Source: the human T2T-CHM13v2.0 reference genome, Homo sapiens. Taken from it: 64,000 nt of DNA. The number at the start of each line of letters is the position of its first letter. The stretch's first letter is position 1. The notes under the pieces are model-generated. The model made no database searches. It saw only the letters and a list, made by a program, of their open reading frames with translations, and had not been told where the DNA came from. Positions 57,245-64,000 of this stretch are shown here, in pieces. A program made the position numbers and the translations under genes. The DNA lies in assembly GCF_009914755.1 (NCBI RefSeq), contig NC_060931.1; one strand, given 5' to 3'.

Positions 57245-58720
57245 TACTTGCTACAGTTGCAATATAGGCAAAGCCTCCCTTCTTAAATATAAATAAGCAC
57301 ACTTTTCAATTCGGAGATGTATTTTGTATACTAAATTTGAAGACATTGTTTTGCCTTTTTGTAGGGAGAGCTGGAGATTCTGCTCTTATATCCAGAGTGG
57401 CATCCGTGTGACATAGTCATTCTTTGTATGTGTGCCTTTAGCCTATGGGTCATTGTCAGAATTTAGAAATTCAAGGTGCAGCCAGTTACATTGCTAGAGA
57501 GATGGAATATTTCAGAGTCTCTGCAAGCTTCCTTTAAGAAAAATGTCTTCTTTTGGAAAGCCATTCAGAAAACATACTCAGTAGGACAGTTTCAACTTAT
57601 TAAACTTTCAGGAAATTTTTTTAATTGTCTCACACTGTCTCTTTTGCTGTATAAATTTTAACAGCAGGGTAAAGAGAGAAGCGTTCTTGAATTTCACTAG
57701 CTGCGGAGAAAATATTTCTCACTGCCCTGGGATACATAGGAAATCACAGTCGTTAGTTTCAGATGTTTAGTTTGGGATATTCAGGTGCATTCACAATACC
57801 TTTTGATTCATTATTACTTTAAACCATTTGTGGTTTGATCCTACAAATTGAGGACTTTTCTCCAGATGTGAAAAATACAATAAAATTTTCTAACAGAGGG
57901 GATCTCGAGAAGAAGTTATCTTTATTTCTGCAGTTTCTACAAGAGTCCATAAACCCCTTTAGAACATGGCAAAAACTGCAGATTGGCAGCCATGGGTTGG
58001 CTGGACTGAAAGGGAAGGGGGCTCACATTTAATTTAGAGCATAAGAATAAGCTAAACAGCAAGGCAGTGACAAATGATACAACAAGCAACAACTCCTAGC
58101 TGACTGCTCCGAAATAAACACATGGATTCCAGGCCTCACCTAGACCAAGAACATATTCTGCAACTAAAATTAAACCTTCGGGACATGCAAACTCTTTAGG
58201 GAAAGGAGTGGAAGAAGGAGAAGAAGAAGGAACTCAGAGGTTACCAAGCAATTGAGTGGTGAAGAGAACAGGCATGAAGAAAAGAGAACAGGTGTGAAGC
58301 AACGAAGGAAATTGCTTCTCCAAATGAAAAGTTTTGAAACACAGCCCTCACCAACCTCAGAAAAATGCTAACTCTGAAATAGGAAATGGAGACGGAATTG
58401 GAAATGGAACGTGAGGAATATCAGTAAACCCTTGTAACTGTGCGATCAACTTCTTTGTAAGATTTTTAAACTCAAAAGTAAACACTTTTAAAAACTTAAA
58501 AGTGTAAGATTTTAAAGTGGTATAAAGATCTTAATTAGGCATTTAGGTAGTGCATGCTGTGGAGCCCCAAACTTACAGAAGTGACACCAGAAAAAGCCAG
58601 AATGATCCCTTTCTGTGTTCCAGTACTTGTGGGAAAAAATTATTTTTATTAATTTGTAAAGGGCTAAAATATTTATGGACTAAATTCAGATGAGTAAAAA
58701 GATGAAGGTGTTAGAGTCGC

Positions 58721-59035
58721 TTTTCTTTCTTTTTTTTCTTTTTCTTTTTTTTTTTTGAGACAGTTTCTCTCTTGTTGCCCAGGCTGGAGTGCAGTGGCGT
58801 GATCTTGGCTCACTGCAACCTCTGCCCCCCAGATTCAAGTGATCTCCTGCCTCAGCCTCCCAGGTAGCTGGGATTACAGGCACCCACCACCATACCCAGC
58901 TAATTTTTGTATTTTTAGTAGAGACGGGGTTTCACCATGTTGACCAGGCTGGTCTTGAACTCCTAACCTCAGGTGATCACCCACCTCAACCTCTCAAAAT
59001 GCTGGGATTACAGGCATGAGCCACCATGCCCAGCC
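58721..59035 (-). mobile_element. AluSq-like
   Basis: Full Alu; TSD TAGAGTYGYTTT. Confidence 0.92.
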
Positions 59036-59626
59036 TAGAGTTGTTTTAATTTTCTATATCGGGTCTCATCTTGTTCTGAGGCATCCATTTCTATGTTCTT
59101 GGTTTGGGTTGAGGGGAGATTGAAGCTTGCACTTAAAGTCAACTAAGTCTCTCATTTAAAAAGTGTTTCTTTTAGGTGAATTCAGTCTCTCTGAGGCAAA
59201 TACTCAATCTCTCTGCCTTCATATCTCCTTTCCAGAGTGTCAAGGGGCCCGGGATTACACGCAGTCTTCAGGGTCTGTCTTCATCTCCTAGGCTGTCATA
59301 ACAAAGTACCACAAACTGGGTGGCTTACAGCAATACAGATTTATCCTCTCACAGTTCCGGAGCCCAGAGCTCTGAAATCAGGGTGTCAGTAGGGGTGGGT
59401 CCTCTTGGGGACTCAGAGGGGGAACTGTTCTTCTCTTCCAGCTTCTGATCGTTACTGGAAGACCTTGGTTTTTCTGGGCTTGTAGAAGCATAATTTTACT
59501 CTCTGCCTGTGTCTCCACCTGCCTTTCTCCCTGTGTGTGTGTCTGCGTCTTCTCTTTTTATAAGGACAACAGTCACTGGGTTAGGGCTTACCTTAACTAA
59601 AGATGACCTCATCTTAACTCGACCAT

Positions 59627-60303
<677 letters not shown>

Positions 60304-60750
60304 ACCACATCTGCAAAAACTGTCTTTCCATAAAAAGGTCACACTCACAGGTAATTTGACATAGCTTTTTGGGGCACACAACTCAACCTGTAATAGGATC
60401 CTTACAGGTCTTTGCTGTGGTGGCTATGCTGGTCTGGTGGCCACCCTTGTGGCGCTGAGGTGCTGAGGTTGGGGGATGTTCTGCCGTGGCTTATTAAAGG
60501 GCATAGTGCTAGCCATCTCCCATTCTTCCTGCATCTGTACTGCGTGCAGGCTGCAGGGGAGCACAGCACTACCTAAGCCCCATCCAACAGACAAGTGTGG
60601 CTCTCTTAACAGGGGGACTTACTACTCGTGTGCCAAATTCAATGCTGCTAATAGGAAGCTTGAAAGCAAACAGTCTATGCTTTGGCAAGGAGGATCCACT
60701 CTCACTCCAGCCCCATGTTTCAACGTTTAAAGGGAAGCCAGAATACATAC

Positions 60751-61491
<741 letters not shown>

Positions 61492-61563
61492 TACGTGTGT
61501 TTCCTTAGGGCTTTGCAATCACTGTTCCTTCTATCTGGAATGCTTTTTTCCTTGGGTTCCTTT

Positions 61564-63042
61564 TGAGAGGTGACAGCGTGCTGGCAGTCCTCAGAGCCCT
61601 CGCTTGCTCTCGGCACCTCCCCTGCCTGGGCTCTCACTTTGGTGGCATTTGAGGAGCCCTTCAGTCCCCCACTGCACTGTGGGAGCCCCTTTCTGGGCTG
61701 GCCAAGGCTGGAGCCCACTCCCTCAGCTTGCAGGGAGGTGTGGAGGGAGAGGCACGAGCGGGAACTGGGGCTGCGTGCGGGCCAGCTGGAGTTCCGGGTG
61801 GGCGTGGGCTTGGTGGGCCCCACACTCTGAGCAGCCAGCCAGCCCTGCTGGCCCCGGGCAATGGGGGACTTAGCACCCGGGCCAGTGGCTGCGGAGGGTG
61901 TACTGGGTCCCCCAGCAGTGCCGGCCCACCGGCGCTGCGCTCGATTTCTCGCCGGGCCTTGGCTGCCTTCCCATGGGGCAGGGCTCGGGACCTGCAGCCC
62001 GCCATGCCTGAGCCTCCCACCCACTCCATGGGCTCCTGTGCGGCCCGAGCCTCCCCGACGAGCGCCACCCCCTGCTCCACAGCGCCCAGTCCCATCGACC
62101 ACCCAAGGGCTGAGGAATGTGAGCGCACGGTGCAGGACTGGCGGGCAGCTCCACCTGCAGCCCCAGTGCGGGATCCACTAGGTGAAGCCAGCTGGGCTCC
62201 TGAGTCTGGTGGGGACATGGAGAGTCTTTATATCTAGCTCAGGGATTGTAAATACACCAATCGGGACTCTATATCTAGCTCAAGGTTTGTAAATACATCA
62301 ATCAGCACCCTGTGTTTAGCTCAAGGTTTGTGAGTGCACCAATCGACACTCTGTATCTAGCTGCTCTGGTGAGGACGTGGAGAACTTTTATGTATAGCTC
62401 AAGGATTGTAAATACACCAATCGGCACTCTGTATCTAGCTCAAGGTTTGTAAATACACCAATCAGCACCCTGTGTTTAGCTCAAGGTTTGTGAATGCACC
62501 AATCGACACTCTGTATCTAGCTGCTCTGGTGGGGCCTTGGAGAACCTGTGTGTGGAAACTCTGTATCTAACTAATCTGATGGGGATGTGGAGAACCTTTG
62601 TATCTAGCTCAGGGATTGTAAACGCACCAATCAGTGCCCTGACAAAACAGGCCACAGGGCTCTACCAATCAGCAGGATGTGGGTGGGGCCAGATAAGAGA
62701 ATAAAAGCAGGCTGCCCGAGCCAGCATTGGCAACCCGCTCGGGTCCTCTTCCACACTTTGGAAGCTTTGTTCTTTCACTCTTTGCAATAAATCTTGCTAC
62801 TGCTCGCCCTTTGGGTCCACGCTGCTTTTATGAGCTGTAACACTCACCGCGAAGGTCTGCAGCTTCACTCCTCAGCCAGCAAGACCACGAACCCACCAGA
62901 AGGAAGAAACTCCGAACACATCTGAACATCAGAAGGGACTGACTCCAGACGCGCCACCTTAAGAGCTGTAACAGTCACCGCGAGGGTCCGCGGCTTCATT
63001 CTTGAAGTCAGTGAGACCAAGAACCCACCAGTTCCGGACACA
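61564..63042 (+). mobile_element. Solo LTR12C-like (ERV9) LTR, 1479 bp
   Basis: TGAGAGGTGACAGCGTGCTGGC...TTCCGGACACA; 4-bp TSD CTTT; CpG-rich 5' U3, tandem CCAAT units, AATAAAA TATA-like box (~62700), poly(A) signal (~62787). Confidence 0.96.
62230..62672 (+). promoter_or_regulatory. LTR12 tandem enhancer repeats (NF-Y CCAAT / GATA)
   Basis: At least seven ACCAATC units interleaved with TATCT (AGATA on minus) in ~40-bp repeats. Confidence 0.85.
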
Positions 63043-63300
63043 CTTTCACCTGGCTCAGAGCTCAAATGTAATCTCCTCAGAGTGGCCTTCCCTGCTCCTG
63101 CTACCTAGAGTAGCATCTCCCCGTCTCACTCTCTCCCTTCTCCTGCTTTATTTTCTTGGTAAAATATCATTTCAGAGCACGAGGCTTTCTTTAAGCAAAG
63201 GACAGACATTTTGCTTATTGCTCAACTAGTTTTTGAGCTCATCCTGAAAAAAGTAGCTTTTTTGTCTTTCACTTATTAATTCAGTCAAAAAATAATATTA

Positions 63301-64000
<700 letters not shown>

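Noticed and set aside
62230-62672. CRISPR-like regularly spaced repeats
   Set aside because: These are ERV9 LTR enhancer repeats with no unique spacers or cas genes, in eukaryotic DNA.

Overview
Primate (human-like) genomic DNA with about 23 Alus and no convincing cellular protein-coding exon. The anchor is a CpG island at ~37.3-37.7 kb that looks like the promoter and non-coding first exon of a minus-strand gene (donor CAG|GTGAGG at 37359/37358). If so, 1-37.3 kb is intronic and 38-64 kb is upstream. The putative intron holds a complete 6.2-kb HERV-H provirus (7300-13501, both LTR7s, tRNA-His PBS, AAAAT TSD) in the same orientation as the host, and a ~1.8-kb (TGGA/TGGAG/TGGAA)n satellite-like array. 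Upstream are a fossil CR1/L3 with readable RT motifs, nested MaLR/Alu/DNA-transposon stacks, a solo LTR12C and an alternating purine-pyrimidine minisatellite. The least expected signals are small. One is a 72-bp L1 insertion made of 15 nt of L1 plus a 3' transduction (21184-21255). Two are templated-insertion scars resembling Pol theta repair (49023-49206; 61353-61441 vs 63229-63306). Another is an unexplained 104-bp diverged direct repeat (16907/18753), and two uORFs in the first exon are joined by a TGATG overlap. I found no evidence of a new multi-gene system. Repeat family names come from recalled consensus sequences and should be confirmed with RepeatMasker/Dfam.
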